DNA of 19,570 nt, from positions 1 through 19,570 of the forward strand of contig CBFFSA010000084.1 in NCBI GenBank assembly GCA_965644495.1, written 5' to 3'. Of the stretch, positions 8,316-17,890 are shown one piece after another. The position numbers and the translations under genes are program-made. The notes under the pieces are model-generated. The model did not search any database, was not told where the DNA came from, and was given only the letters and a program-made list of their open reading frames with translations. The number at the start of each line of letters is the position of its first letter. Positions within the stretch are counted from its first letter, which is position 1. Origin of the DNA: Perkinsela sp. CCAP 1560/9. Lineage: Eukaryota; Protista; Euglenozoa: Kinetoplastea.

Positions 8316-9068
8316 TTGAATATTTTATCTAATTTATGTGCAATGGATTCCCAAGCGCCATCCACGCGCCCGTCGAAGGTTGGTGCATTGAATTTACCAC
8401 AAGAAATGGATCTTGAGCGGCTCATTAGTGGTTTGCACACTCGTCATGAGAGCTGGAATTCTAACATTTCTGCTTGCAAATGGAAAGGCATCAAGTGTAA
8501 TTCAGAGGAGAAAGTTACTGAAATAAGGTGGAGCCGTCAAAAGTTGAGTGGATCCATGAAGTTTGCATGTATTTTAATGTCCGTTGAGACGTTCGATATT
8601 GAATACAACAGCATATCAGGGGAAAACGTCCTAAGTGAACTTTTCCCATTAGTAAAGTTAAGGCATTTCTTTCTGGGAGGAAACAAATTTACAGGCAATC
8701 CGGATCTGACAAGACTCCCGAAGCTTTCTACCGGCGCATGGATGGAAACAAACGAATTGTCTGGTGATATATGCCTTACACAGTTGCCCGTCGATCTGGT
8801 ACATCTTGATGTTAGTGATAATTTCTTGACTGGAAAATTAGATTTCGGGGCACTCCCGGACACTCTGGAAGCTTTATACTTGTCTGGAAACGAATTCGAA
8901 GGAATGATAGATTTATTAGTCCTTCCGGAGAAGCTAGATACCCTTACTTTAGATAAAAATCCGCTTCTGGAAGGTACAATAGTCGCAAGCAAGCTCCACC
9001 CGCGATTAAAAAAAAGTATTCAATTATTGAGATGTTCTTCGAATACCAAACTTGTAGTCGTAGATTAA
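8316..9068 (+). CDS. Leucine-rich repeat protein (LRR paralog 4); first ATG at 8343
   Basis: TRPSKV...LPQEMDLERLISGL..HESW....ACKWKGIKC cap plus ~6 LRRs (FLGGNKFTG, LDVSDNFLTG, LYLSGNEFEG). Confidence 0.9.
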   Translation: MNILSNLCAMDSQAPSTRPSKVGALNLPQEMDLERLISGLHTRHESWNSNISACKWKGIKCNSEEKVTEIRWSRQKLSGSMKFACILMSVETFDIEYNSISGENVLSELFPLVKLRHFFLGGNKFTGNPDLTRLPKLSTGAWMETNELSGDICLTQLPVDLVHLDVSDNFLTGKLDFGALPDTLEALYLSGNEFEGMIDLLVLPEKLDTLTLDKNPLLEGTIVASKLHPRLKKSIQLLRCSSNTKLVVVD

Positions 9069-9600
9069 TAAACTAACTAATTTATACTACTAGATTAATA
9101 TTTAAAAAAAATCGATTCGATAAGCGCGGTGGTTGCTTTCGGAATAGAAGTCACGCATGCTGTACGCTTCGCCTCACAGCCTTTTTCTCCTCACTTTTCT
9201 CCAAAATTCGCAAAGCCCGCTACTTAGAAGGGGGCAACGCATCTGTGGTGATTGACAGAATATGGAAGAATTCGAAAGTGAAAGGCAAAACAATTTCGGC
9301 GACGCTTCGCGGCACCTACGTTTTTCCCATTTGTGTGATGCACTGGTGGTGGTGCCTAAGCTGCGAAATGACTCATTTGGTATAATGAATATAAACCCCC
9401 CTTCATCAATAAGGCACCCCACCTTATTTTTGGCACAGCGCGACGTGGATAGGTTATAGCACCATCTTGTCGTGTAAAATTTTGAGATCTGCACGTTCCC
9501 GATGTTTTTAGAACTCTTCACGAATAAAAAATAAAACCACACTTTTTCAATATTTTTTTTACAGAGTCATGCTAATATTAGCAGAAAAATTACATGTTCA

Positions 9601-10093
9601 GCGGCCAGGGGGGAAGGGGGGCAATATGAAAATGGCGTCACAGCTCTTCGCTAGGGGAACGAGATCTTTCGTTTGCAACAAAAATGAGCAAAAACAGATA
9701 ACAAACATTGAATTTTTCACGTGGTGGAATATTTGACTTTGATTGATTTTTTCTTGAAACGGTGAAAATTCAACTTTTTTAAGCAATTCCCTTTATTTTC
9801 CTCTTGAAGGGGTCTAAGGGGGTTAGGATATCACTTTCTCGTTCAAAATCATGGGATCTACACTTTCCCGCCATTTTTAGATCATTTTAAAAAACGAAAA
9901 AAAATCTGCTTTATTTTTGTGCATCATCATACCACACCAACTTTAAAAAACAAACACTCTGCGGCCAAGGGGCACAAGTGGGCCAATATTAAAAAATATT
10001 AAAAAATAGCGGCGAAGCTCGTTGCTAGGGGAACGAGACCTCTCGTTTTCAATAAAAATAAGCAAAAAAATATTAAAAAATGAATTTCTCATG
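9601..10093. repeat. Degenerate ~120-130 bp direct repeat pair (9601-9722 and 9961-10093)
   Basis: Both copies start GCGGCCA.GGG...CAATAT, share the exact core GCTAGGGGAACGAGA (9650-9664, 10024-10038), and end AGCAAAAA...TGAATTT.TCA. Confidence 0.75.
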
Positions 10094-11460
10094 AGAGGAG
10101 AAGTTTTGATGCGCGGTAATTTCGCGAGCTTTCACATCACGCAAACGAGAAAAGGGGACGAACCGAGCTTAATGAACCCCGGCTCACGAAATCTGACCCC
10201 CCACTTTGTTGCATTTTGCACATCTCATCAAGAGAATTTTGTGCCCAGGAACTGGATAAAACAAAGAACAATGAGCATGTTTAAAAAAAGAAAAGCAAAG
10301 ATCCTCGCCCGCCCTCGTGGCAATGCATTTTACAGTTTAGATTTTTTTTGCCGTAGTATGAGAAAACATGGCGCCGCTTCTTTTTTTCACACCCTTTCCA
10401 TCACCCCCCTCCTTTATTATGGACAAAAGCGGAAAAAATGTCCATAATAAAGCGGAAGCCACAGTAATATTACGTGAGGCGCTGCGGGTGTGCATCACCC
10501 ACAGTCTATTACTGGGGGGGTATACGGTAATTTTTTTCATGCTTTCGGGAAAAAATTTATGCATTTGGGAAAAATCGTGCTTAGAGAACGCAAAAATGAC
10601 ACTAGATACGTATCCAATATCCAATATGATAACCCTTCTTTTTTACCACAAATTGAAGTCATTTGCGATAGTTTTTAAATGGATTTCTTAATTTGTCAAC
10701 ATGTTCTACTGTTAAAGGATGTCTGAAACATAGCGTCTTATATTTCGTGTCTATTCCTTCTAGCTAAAGCACACAAGGATTATAGTTCCTAGTACCGTGC
10801 TATGAGCAAGGTTCGACTTTCCGGTGGATTACGCTGATTCGGGAGAAGAGGAAGTCAGCTATCTCTTGGCTAAAGGAAAAAACTAAAAACTGAAAGGAGA
10901 AAACTGAAAACTCTTAAGGAAAAAACTGAAAATAATGATTTTTTTAGGGTGGGCAAAACAAAATCGGGGGTTTCGACAAAAATTTTAAGGTTTTCGAACG
11001 CGTTTCGAACGAAGCGACTAAAAATGAAGAATTTGCGAAGGTCCAGAATAATCCAACTTTTGGTACAAATGTCTTCCTCCCATTTTTACAGACTTTTTTG
11101 TTTTCAAGCTACATTGAACCGAAAAAATATTCCTGAATCTATTGACGTGATGAATGTTGATGTTTTGTCCCTTAAACGCCCTAGCTACATATCCGCACGG
11201 AAAATATACTCCCCCTGTCATTAATAATGATAATCTTAAAAAAATTATCATTCTATGTGGTGAAAACTCTTAAAAAATTATCAACTTATTTTCATACAGA
11301 ATTTTCATACAAAATGTTTTGTGTCTTACAAAGTACGTTTTTTGAACTAAAAAATGATCAACCTATTTTCATGTTTTGGGCCACATTTTCGTATTTATTT
11401 TTCCATGACTTCTCGATCATTGAAAAAGAAGCGCCCATTAGATGAATCGGGCTCCATTGA

Positions 11461-12201
11461 GTAAGAATTGGAAACAAGCTTTATTTTGGTGAAGATGAGA
11501 GTTTAGTGGCTGAAGTAATCGATAATACTACCTCTAGAGGAAGAACTTTGCGTTTTCTTTATGATGGCTCATATACCGATTTCAGGAGAAAACTGAGGCA
11601 GTTGGGGGAAACTCCACTACCAAAATATATAAAGCGTGATGTGGAGCCACAAGACGAAGAGCGCTACCAGACTATTTATGCCAAATACGAAGGAGCGGTG
11701 GCCGCGCCAACCGCTGGATTGCATTTTTCCAAGCATTTGCTAAAAAGATTGGAAATAAAGGGAATAGACTTTGCCGAAGTTACACTTCATGTAGGTTTGG
11801 GAACTTTTAACCCGGTAGAAGTGGAAGATTTGTCTAAACACAAAATGGATAGCGAGGAATTGGTTATTGATGAGCGGGCTACCGAAGTTGTAAATACGGC
11901 AAAAGACAACAAAAAACGAGTGTGTGCTGTAGGTACCACAGTAATGCGCGGATTGGAAAGTGCGGTTTCATCAGAGCACTCATTGAATACCTTTGAAGGG
12001 TGGACCAACAAATTTGTTTTTCCACCATATGATTTCAGTATAGCCAATTGCATGATCACCAATTTCCACCTGCCAAAATCTACACTATTGATGATGGTTT
12101 CGGCATTCATTGGTCATGATTTGATGAAAAAAGCATACAAACAGGCTATTTTGGAGCAATATCGCTTCTACTCCTACGGGGACGCTATGTTGATTATCTA
12201 A
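11461..12201 (+). CDS. queA: S-adenosylmethionine:tRNA ribosyltransferase-isomerase QueA, 5'-truncated (roughly the first 100 residues missing)
   Basis: Motifs [59 protein letters not shown] and [13 protein letters not shown]. The frame is open from 11461 ([19 protein letters not shown]); a TGA at 11458-11460 and non-homologous DNA lie upstream. Confidence 0.95.
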   Translation, partial: VRIGNKLYFGEDESLVAEVIDNTTSRGRTLRFLYDGSYTDFRRKLRQLGETPLPKYIKRDVEPQDEERYQTIYAKYEGAVAAPTAGLHFSKHLLKRLEIKGIDFAEVTLHVGLGTFNPVEVEDLSKHKMDSEELVIDERATEVVNTAKDNKKRVCAVGTTVMRGLESAVSSEHSLNTFEGWTNKFVFPPYDFSIANCMITNFHLPKSTLLMMVSAFIGHDLMKKAYKQAILEQYRFYSYGDAMLII

Positions 12202-12239
12202 AATTACAGTTCCTAAATCATAGGGAATCAGAAAAATAC

Positions 12240-12276
12240 AATCCCGTTTAGCGTTTGACTTTACGGGATTTTTCTT
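12240..12276 (+). terminator. Possible intrinsic terminator after queA
   Basis: AATCCCGT / ACGGGATT stem followed by TTTCTT; the loop is long (15 nt). Confidence 0.4.
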
Positions 12277-12291
12277 GACTATCTTTAAGCG

Positions 12292-13332
12292 GTGGAAATC
12301 AAAAAAAAGGACATAAGGGCATTGACTAAAGAGCAGCTGCGGAATTTCTTTGTGGACCAGGGCGACAAAGCATTTAGAGGTAATCAGGTGTATGAATGGC
12401 TGTGGCAAAAATCAGCCCATTCCTTTGAAGCCATGACCAACATTTCTAAGGAAACCCGACAAATGTTGGAGGACAATTTTGTGATTAACCATATAAAGGT
12501 GGACCAGATGCAACGAAGTGCGGATGGGACTATCAAAAATGCTGTGCAGCTTCATGACGGACTGGTGGTAGAATCTGTGCTCATTCCCACCGAAACTCGA
12601 ACCACGGCATGTGTGTCCAGTCAGGTTGGTTGCAGCTTGGATTGCAGGTTTTGTGCCACTGCACGCTTAAAACGCATGCGCAACCTAAATCCGGATGAAA
12701 TCTATGATCAGGTTGTTGCCATTGACAACGAAAGCAGATTGTATTTTAATAAGCCTTTGAGCAATATTGTATTTATGGGAATGGGAGAACCCCTTATGAA
12801 CTATAACAATGTGTTGAAAGCCATTGAAAAAATAACCTCCCCAGAAGGGCTTGGAATGTCACCAAAACGAATTGTGGTGTCTACCTCCGGAGTGCCTAAA
12901 ATGATAAAAAAAATGGCGGATGAAGAGGTGAGGTTTGGTTTGGCCGTTTCCTTGCATTCCGCAATTGATGAGGTTAGGACCTCCATTATGCCCTTTAATG
13001 CTACTTTTCCGTTGAAGGACTTAAGGGAAGCGCTACAATATTGGTACAACAAGACCAAAAACCGAATTACATACGAATACGTTGTCTGGGAGGGAATCAA
13101 TGATACACTAGAGGCGGCTAACGCTTTGGTTAAATTCTGCAAGTTTGCCCCTTCCAAGGTGAACATCATCGAATATAATCCCATAGACGACGGGGAATTT
13201 CAGCAAGCACCAGCAGAGGCAGTTGAAATGTACAAAAGGACTTTAGAGCGAAATGGAATTACCGTAACTGTCAGACGTTCTAGAGGTAAAGATATTGATG
13301 CGGCCTGTGGTCAATTGGCCAATAAACAGTGA
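12292..13332 (+). CDS. rlmN: 23S rRNA (adenine2503-C2)/tRNA methyltransferase RlmN
   Basis: Radical SAM motif CVSSQVGCSLDCRFC, MGMGEP, AVSLH and C-terminal DIDAACGQL. Confidence 0.97.
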   Translation: MEIKKKDIRALTKEQLRNFFVDQGDKAFRGNQVYEWLWQKSAHSFEAMTNISKETRQMLEDNFVINHIKVDQMQRSADGTIKNAVQLHDGLVVESVLIPTETRTTACVSSQVGCSLDCRFCATARLKRMRNLNPDEIYDQVVAIDNESRLYFNKPLSNIVFMGMGEPLMNYNNVLKAIEKITSPEGLGMSPKRIVVSTSGVPKMIKKMADEEVRFGLAVSLHSAIDEVRTSIMPFNATFPLKDLREALQYWYNKTKNRITYEYVVWEGINDTLEAANALVKFCKFAPSKVNIIEYNPIDDGEFQQAPAEAVEMYKRTLERNGITVTVRRSRGKDIDAACGQLANKQ

Positions 13333-13487
13333 ACAATTATCAATAATCAATTGTAAGTAGCCATCCGATTGTTGTAATTTATCGAAGCTTTCTACCTGCC
13401 AACTTAAAACTTGATGCTTCCCATGACCAACTCTGGCATTTTGCCTACTTTTAGGCTTCCAAAACTAGAATAACAAAAGGCATAGTA

Positions 13488-14465
13488 TTGAAGGTAGTTT
13501 CACAGATTAGGGAACCCATTGAGCAGGAAATGCAACTTTTTGAGGAAAAATTCCTCAAGTCCATGTCTTCCAAAGTGGCCTTGTTCAACAGAATTACCTA
13601 TTACATTGTAAATCGAAAGGGGAAGCAAATGCGCCCCATGTTCGTATTTCTCACTGCCAAATTGATCAACAATGGCAGCGTAAATGACAGAACCTACTGC
13701 GGAGCCTCCATCATAGAACTGATTCACACGGCAAGTTTGGTCCATGATGATGTCGTGGACGACAGCCATAAAAGGAGAGGCTTTTTTTCTATAAATGCGC
13801 TCTGGAAAAATAAAATAGCTGTATTGGTTGGGGATTTTCTTTTTTCTAAAGGGGTATTGGTGGCTTTGGAGAACAAAGACTATGATCTTTTGCACATTAT
13901 TTCCAACGCGGTCAAGGATATGAGCGAAGGAGAACTGCTCCAAATTGAAAAAGCACGCCTTTTAGATATCACCGAAGAGGTGTACTATGATATCATTCGT
14001 CAAAAAACGGCTACTTTGATTGCAGCTTGTTGCAGTATGGGGGCCTGCTCAGTAAAACCGGATTCTGAGGATGTGGAAACCTTTAGAAAATTTGGGGAAC
14101 TGTGCGGCATGGCTTTTCAGATTAAGGACGACCTTTTTGACTATGGAGCTGAGAAAATTGGCAAGCCAACCGGAATAGATATCAAAGAACAAAAAATGAC
14201 GTTGCCACTTATTTATGTCCTCAATCAAAGTGACAAAGAAAAAAGACGCTGGCTCATCAATTCCATTAAAAATCACAACAAGGATAAAAAAAGGGTCAAG
14301 GAAGTTATCACTTATGTTAAGGAAATGGGGGGATTGGAATATGCTGTCACCAAAATGTTGGCTTTTAAGGATGAGGCACTGTCCTTGTTGAACAATTACC
14401 CTGATTCTGCATATAAAAGCGCCCTTACCTTGATGGTCAACTATGTGGTAGACCGTAAAAAGTAG
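13488..14465 (+). CDS. ispB: Polyprenyl diphosphate synthase (IspB-like trans-prenyltransferase)
   Basis: GKQMRP, first Asp-rich motif LVHDDVVDDSHKRRG, KTA and second Asp-rich motif FQIKDDLFD. Chain length cannot be determined. Confidence 0.9.
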   Translation: MKVVSQIREPIEQEMQLFEEKFLKSMSSKVALFNRITYYIVNRKGKQMRPMFVFLTAKLINNGSVNDRTYCGASIIELIHTASLVHDDVVDDSHKRRGFFSINALWKNKIAVLVGDFLFSKGVLVALENKDYDLLHIISNAVKDMSEGELLQIEKARLLDITEEVYYDIIRQKTATLIAACCSMGACSVKPDSEDVETFRKFGELCGMAFQIKDDLFDYGAEKIGKPTGIDIKEQKMTLPLIYVLNQSDKEKRRWLINSIKNHNKDKKRVKEVITYVKEMGGLEYAVTKMLAFKDEALSLLNNYPDSAYKSALTLMVNYVVDRKK

Positions 14466-14593
14466 TCTTTCTAGGGGCTAGATGTTTAGTATTTGGATTA
14501 TGGAATTTGAGATTTGCCCAATCAATCTATCTTAAAATGTACTCCTTAACATAACTTCAGTTTGACCATTGGGTATTAATTTTCCTTTTCGGG

Positions 14594-14620
14594 GCAACCT
14601 TTTTAAGAACTACTGCGTCT
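14594..14620 (+). promoter_or_regulatory. Putative ECF sigma-dependent (autoregulatory) promoter
   Basis: GCAACC (-35) ... CGTCT (-10) with AAC-N17-CGT spacing, ~30 bp upstream of the ECF sigma start. Confidence 0.6.
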
Positions 14621-14651
14621 ATCTTTATAACATACAAATTGAGAACCACTG

Positions 14652-15224
14652 TTGAAGATTGTGTCCCTATATACCAACGAGAAACTTTTGATTAAAAAGG
14701 CCATTGCAGGTGATCCGCATTGCCAAAAACATCTGTATGAAAAGTTTGCACCAAAAATGTTAGGTGTTTGCCGACAGTATATCAGGGATCTACAATTTGC
14801 GGAGGATGTTATGATCAATGGGTTTGTAAAGGTTTTTAAGAATTTGGGTTCTTTTGAACATCGTGGAAGTTTTGAAGGATGGATTAGAAAAATTATGGTA
14901 AGGGAGAGTATCTCGTATTTGCGAAAAAAACAGTTTGTGGTGTACGATGATGAGGCATTACAGTCCCAACCAAAGAATTCCGCGGAAGAATCATCAATCT
15001 TGGACGTGGAATATGTACAGCAATTGATCGATGAACTCCCAGAAGGGTATAAAATGGTGTTTTTGTTATATGCCATAGAAGGTTATAAACACCAAGAAAT
15101 AGCAAAAATGCTGAAAATTTCGGAGGGCACTTCCAAGTCGCAATTGTTCAAAGCCAGGAAAATTTTACAGGAAAATTTGAATTTAAAAGGAATTTCACCT
15201 CAAGCTGGGTCGCGAGGCAAATAG
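14652..15224 (+). CDS. ECF-family RNA polymerase sigma factor
   Basis: Region 2 (AEDVMINGFVKVF...SFEGWIRKI) and region 4 (LPEGYKMVFLLYAIEGYKHQEIAKMLKISEGTSKSQLFKAR). Confidence 0.95.
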   Translation: MKIVSLYTNEKLLIKKAIAGDPHCQKHLYEKFAPKMLGVCRQYIRDLQFAEDVMINGFVKVFKNLGSFEHRGSFEGWIRKIMVRESISYLRKKQFVVYDDEALQSQPKNSAEESSILDVEYVQQLIDELPEGYKMVFLLYAIEGYKHQEIAKMLKISEGTSKSQLFKARKILQENLNLKGISPQAGSRGK

Positions 15225-15232
15225 TAGGAATC

Positions 15233-15958
15233 ATGGAGAAATTGGAAAAACATATAAAGGATAAACTTGAGGAACGAAAAATTGCACCTTCGCCCAAGGC
15301 TTGGAAAAGCATTGCTGGCCAAATAGGGACCTCTACAACCTCAAGAAAAGAAGGGAAATATTGGTATGCCATAGCAGCAGGGTTTATAGGACTTCTGTTA
15401 GCTTCCATATTCTTTTTTGCATCCGATAAGTCGGAGGTGACCATTCAAGTTGTTGATGGCAATGATCCCAAGTTGGAAAAAGAGTCTTCCACTCCTTTTG
15501 CGATTGATTCCACTCCAAATGGGTCCAAAACATCCACTGTTGTTGGTATTAAAAAAGAAGATTTAATCTTTGATAATCAAATAAAAGAAAATACTGGTCA
15601 TACTTCTGCATCCTTAAAAAAGAAGGAGTTAGTTGCCAAACAATCCATTCAAGATAGTTTTGCCCAGGAGTCTGATCCATTAATTGCGCAAAAAGTCAAT
15701 GAAGTGTTTGCCAAGGTTACGCTTTTAGAACACGTTAATTCGGAGGTTAGTGATGCAGAAGTGGATTCGCTGCTACGTGCAGCCCAACGTGAGGTGCTTT
15801 CAGAACAATTATTTACCGCGGAGGGAACCGTAGATGCCATGGCCTTGTTGACGGAAGTTGAAGATGAACTGGATGCAACATTCCGAGATCAAATTTTTGA
15901 AGCACTCAAGGAAGGCTATGTTAAACTTCGTACCGCTGTGGCAGACCGTAACAATTAG
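15233..15958 (+). CDS. Putative membrane-anchored anti-sigma factor
   Basis: Directly follows the ECF gene. Short cytoplasmic N-terminus (IKDKLEERKIAPSPKAWKSI), one hydrophobic helix (YWYAIAAGFIGLLLASIFFF), then a helical C-terminus. The function is inferred from context. Confidence 0.7.
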   Translation: MEKLEKHIKDKLEERKIAPSPKAWKSIAGQIGTSTTSRKEGKYWYAIAAGFIGLLLASIFFFASDKSEVTIQVVDGNDPKLEKESSTPFAIDSTPNGSKTSTVVGIKKEDLIFDNQIKENTGHTSASLKKKELVAKQSIQDSFAQESDPLIAQKVNEVFAKVTLLEHVNSEVSDAEVDSLLRAAQREVLSEQLFTAEGTVDAMALLTEVEDELDATFRDQIFEALKEGYVKLRTAVADRNN

Positions 15959-15992
15959 AATTTATTCATCAATCAAAAATACCTTGTTGGTT

Positions 15993-16032
15993 TCCCGCTC
16001 CCAGTTCTGCTGGGAGGGGAGATTAGGAGGGG
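15993..16032. repeat. GC-rich intergenic stem-loop, REP-like
   Basis: TCCCGCTCCCAG-TTCTG-CTGGGAGGGGA followed by GATTAGGAGGGG, between two co-oriented genes. Confidence 0.45.
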
Positions 16033-16048
16033 TAAATCAAAAACAATC

Positions 16049-17116
16049 ATGAGAACAATTACTTTGTATTTAGCGGCTTTTTTATTGCTGTTTATGGCCC
16101 AAGAAACTGTTGGACAGGAACGATATCAGCAGAAGATTGAAAAGCTAATAGAAAAAAAGGAAAAAATCACCCAACAAGAAAAAGAAGCCTTAAAACAGGA
16201 GGTGAAGGATATCAATAAAAGATTGGGAAATGGAGATTTAAGTTTGGAAGAAGCTAAACTGCTCAAAGCAGAAGTGGCTAAAAAAAGGGCTTTGAATATA
16301 GAGAATCGAGCAGCCATAATTGATAATCAAATAGCACTTCTGGAGCGCAACAAGGGTGGGGCCTTGGCCATTACCGACGAAAATACTATTGAGGATGAAG
16401 ATGGTTTTTCTATTCGAATAGATGGGGAGACTATTTTTTTCTCCAATTCGAGAAACAGGAAGAAAGATATACCCTATGATCGGAGGACCTATTCTGACCC
16501 GGTTTTTGCCATTGGTCTAAACAACGCACTAATAGATGGCCAATCTTTGGATGAATCACCATATAAAATAGGAGGAAGCCGTTTTTTTGAAATGGGGTGG
16601 CAGTGGCGCACTCGAGTTTTTAAAAATTCGAATTGGATGCGATTCAATTATGGCTTTTCCTTCCAGTTTAATGGATTAAAGCCGGATGACAACCAAATTT
16701 TTGTTCAAAATGGTGATCAAACGGTTTTGGAGGAGTTCGAATTTGAGTTGGACAAGTCCAAACTTCGAATGGATAACTTGGTTTTCCCCGTACATTTTGA
16801 ATTTGGTCCTTCCCGCTTTAGAGAAACTGAAAAGAGTATACGTTATTCTCTTCATAAACAGTTTAGAATAGGAATTGGGGGCTATGGTGGCTTTAACCTA
16901 GGGACTCGTCAGAAGCTAAAATACTCCAGGGATGGAGAAAATATTAAGGACAAGTTTAAAAGGGATTACAATACCAGCGATTTGATTTACGGGTTGAGTG
17001 GCTATGTAGGGGTAGATGAGGTATTGCTCTATATTAAGTATGACCTAAACCCCATATTTAAGGACGCTACGGTTGAACAACATAATATTTCTTTGGGCCT
17101 AAGGTTTGATTTATAA
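16049..17116 (+). CDS. Secreted coiled-coil plus outer-membrane beta-barrel protein (PorT-like/hypothetical)
   Basis: Signal peptide MRTITLYLAAFLLLFMAQETVG, K/E-rich coiled coil, amphipathic beta-strands (FPVHFEF, FRIGIGGYGGF) and terminal strand ISLGLRFDL. Confidence 0.78.
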   Translation: MRTITLYLAAFLLLFMAQETVGQERYQQKIEKLIEKKEKITQQEKEALKQEVKDINKRLGNGDLSLEEAKLLKAEVAKKRALNIENRAAIIDNQIALLERNKGGALAITDENTIEDEDGFSIRIDGETIFFSNSRNRKKDIPYDRRTYSDPVFAIGLNNALIDGQSLDESPYKIGGSRFFEMGWQWRTRVFKNSNWMRFNYGFSFQFNGLKPDDNQIFVQNGDQTVLEEFEFELDKSKLRMDNLVFPVHFEFGPSRFRETEKSIRYSLHKQFRIGIGGYGGFNLGTRQKLKYSRDGENIKDKFKRDYNTSDLIYGLSGYVGVDEVLLYIKYDLNPIFKDATVEQHNISLGLRFDL

Positions 17117-17176
17117 CCAACTGACAATTAGAGCTCGGTCGAGAACTTTCGGGTTCTGGCCGTGCTCATTTTGCCA

Positions 17177-17413
17177 TTAAACTGCACTTTCCATTTCCTT
17201 GGTGAACTCCTCTTGGTAAAACCCTCTTTTACAATAGGAGCATTCGGCAAAGCGTGAAGTACCTATTTTAAACAAAGGAATCCAAAATAAATGGAAATAG
17301 TTGGCTTGGGAAACAGAGGTCAGGGTTCCATTTTGACCGCAATGTGGACAGCTTACCCCAATTAGTTTTTTGCTTTCTTTTTTGCCCAGTCTGGTTCCGA
17401 AAAAGAGAATCAT
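17177..17413 (-). CDS. Zinc-ribbon domain protein
   Basis: MILFFGTR...CPHCG...YFHLFWIPLF...CSYC pattern. Confidence 0.88.
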   Translation of the reverse strand: MILFFGTRLGKKESKKLIGVSCPHCGQNGTLTSVSQANYFHLFWIPLFKIGTSRFAECSYCKRGFYQEEFTKEMESAV

Positions 17414-17469
17414 ACTTTTTTATGAAAATACGATTTTCGGCAGTAAGACAAACTTTTTTGGCTTAAGGT

Positions 17470-17841
17470 TTAATAGAATCCCGCTTTAGGACTAGGTCCA
17501 TATCGGTTATTTGTAGGATCACTATTTTTAGTCAACAGGATGAAAAGCCAGATGAGTCCAATTACTGGAATGAGAATTACCAAAAACATCCAACCACTTT
17601 TTCCAACATCATGTAAACGTCTAACCGTTGCAGCCAAGGTCGGGGTGAAAAAACCAATAACAAACAAGATATATAAAGGTCCGAAAATCAAGTGTTCAAA
17701 GGCTAATTCAAAAACATTGTCCAAAGCCAGTAGGAACAAGCTGAAGAACAGACAAAAAAGCGTGAACATCCAGTATTCGGCCCTTCTGCCTCTTCCTTTA
17801 AAATTTGTATAATTGCGTAATACTTGTAAAAACCATTCCAT
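17470..17841 (-). CDS. DUF805 (YhaH-like) inner-membrane protein
   Basis: NFKGRGRRAEYWMF, VRRLHDVGKSGW and NRYGPSP motifs. Confidence 0.93.
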   Translation of the reverse strand: MEWFLQVLRNYTNFKGRGRRAEYWMFTLFCLFFSLFLLALDNVFELAFEHLIFGPLYILFVIGFFTPTLAATVRRLHDVGKSGWMFLVILIPVIGLIWLFILLTKNSDPTNNRYGPSPKAGFY

Positions 17842-17890
17842 GGGGTTACATTTTTTTTGTTACATAAATGATGATTTATGAGGTTGATGT

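Noticed and set aside
9174-11445. Short ORFs between LRR paralog 4 and queA
   Set aside because: They overlap on both strands, are K/F-rich from homopolymer runs, and have no motifs. None resembles the missing QueA N-terminus.
1-11460. Giant virus or prophage origin for the left segment
   Set aside because: No viral hallmark genes, low coding density, and multi-level TE nesting fit nuclear DNA better. It cannot be fully excluded without a search.
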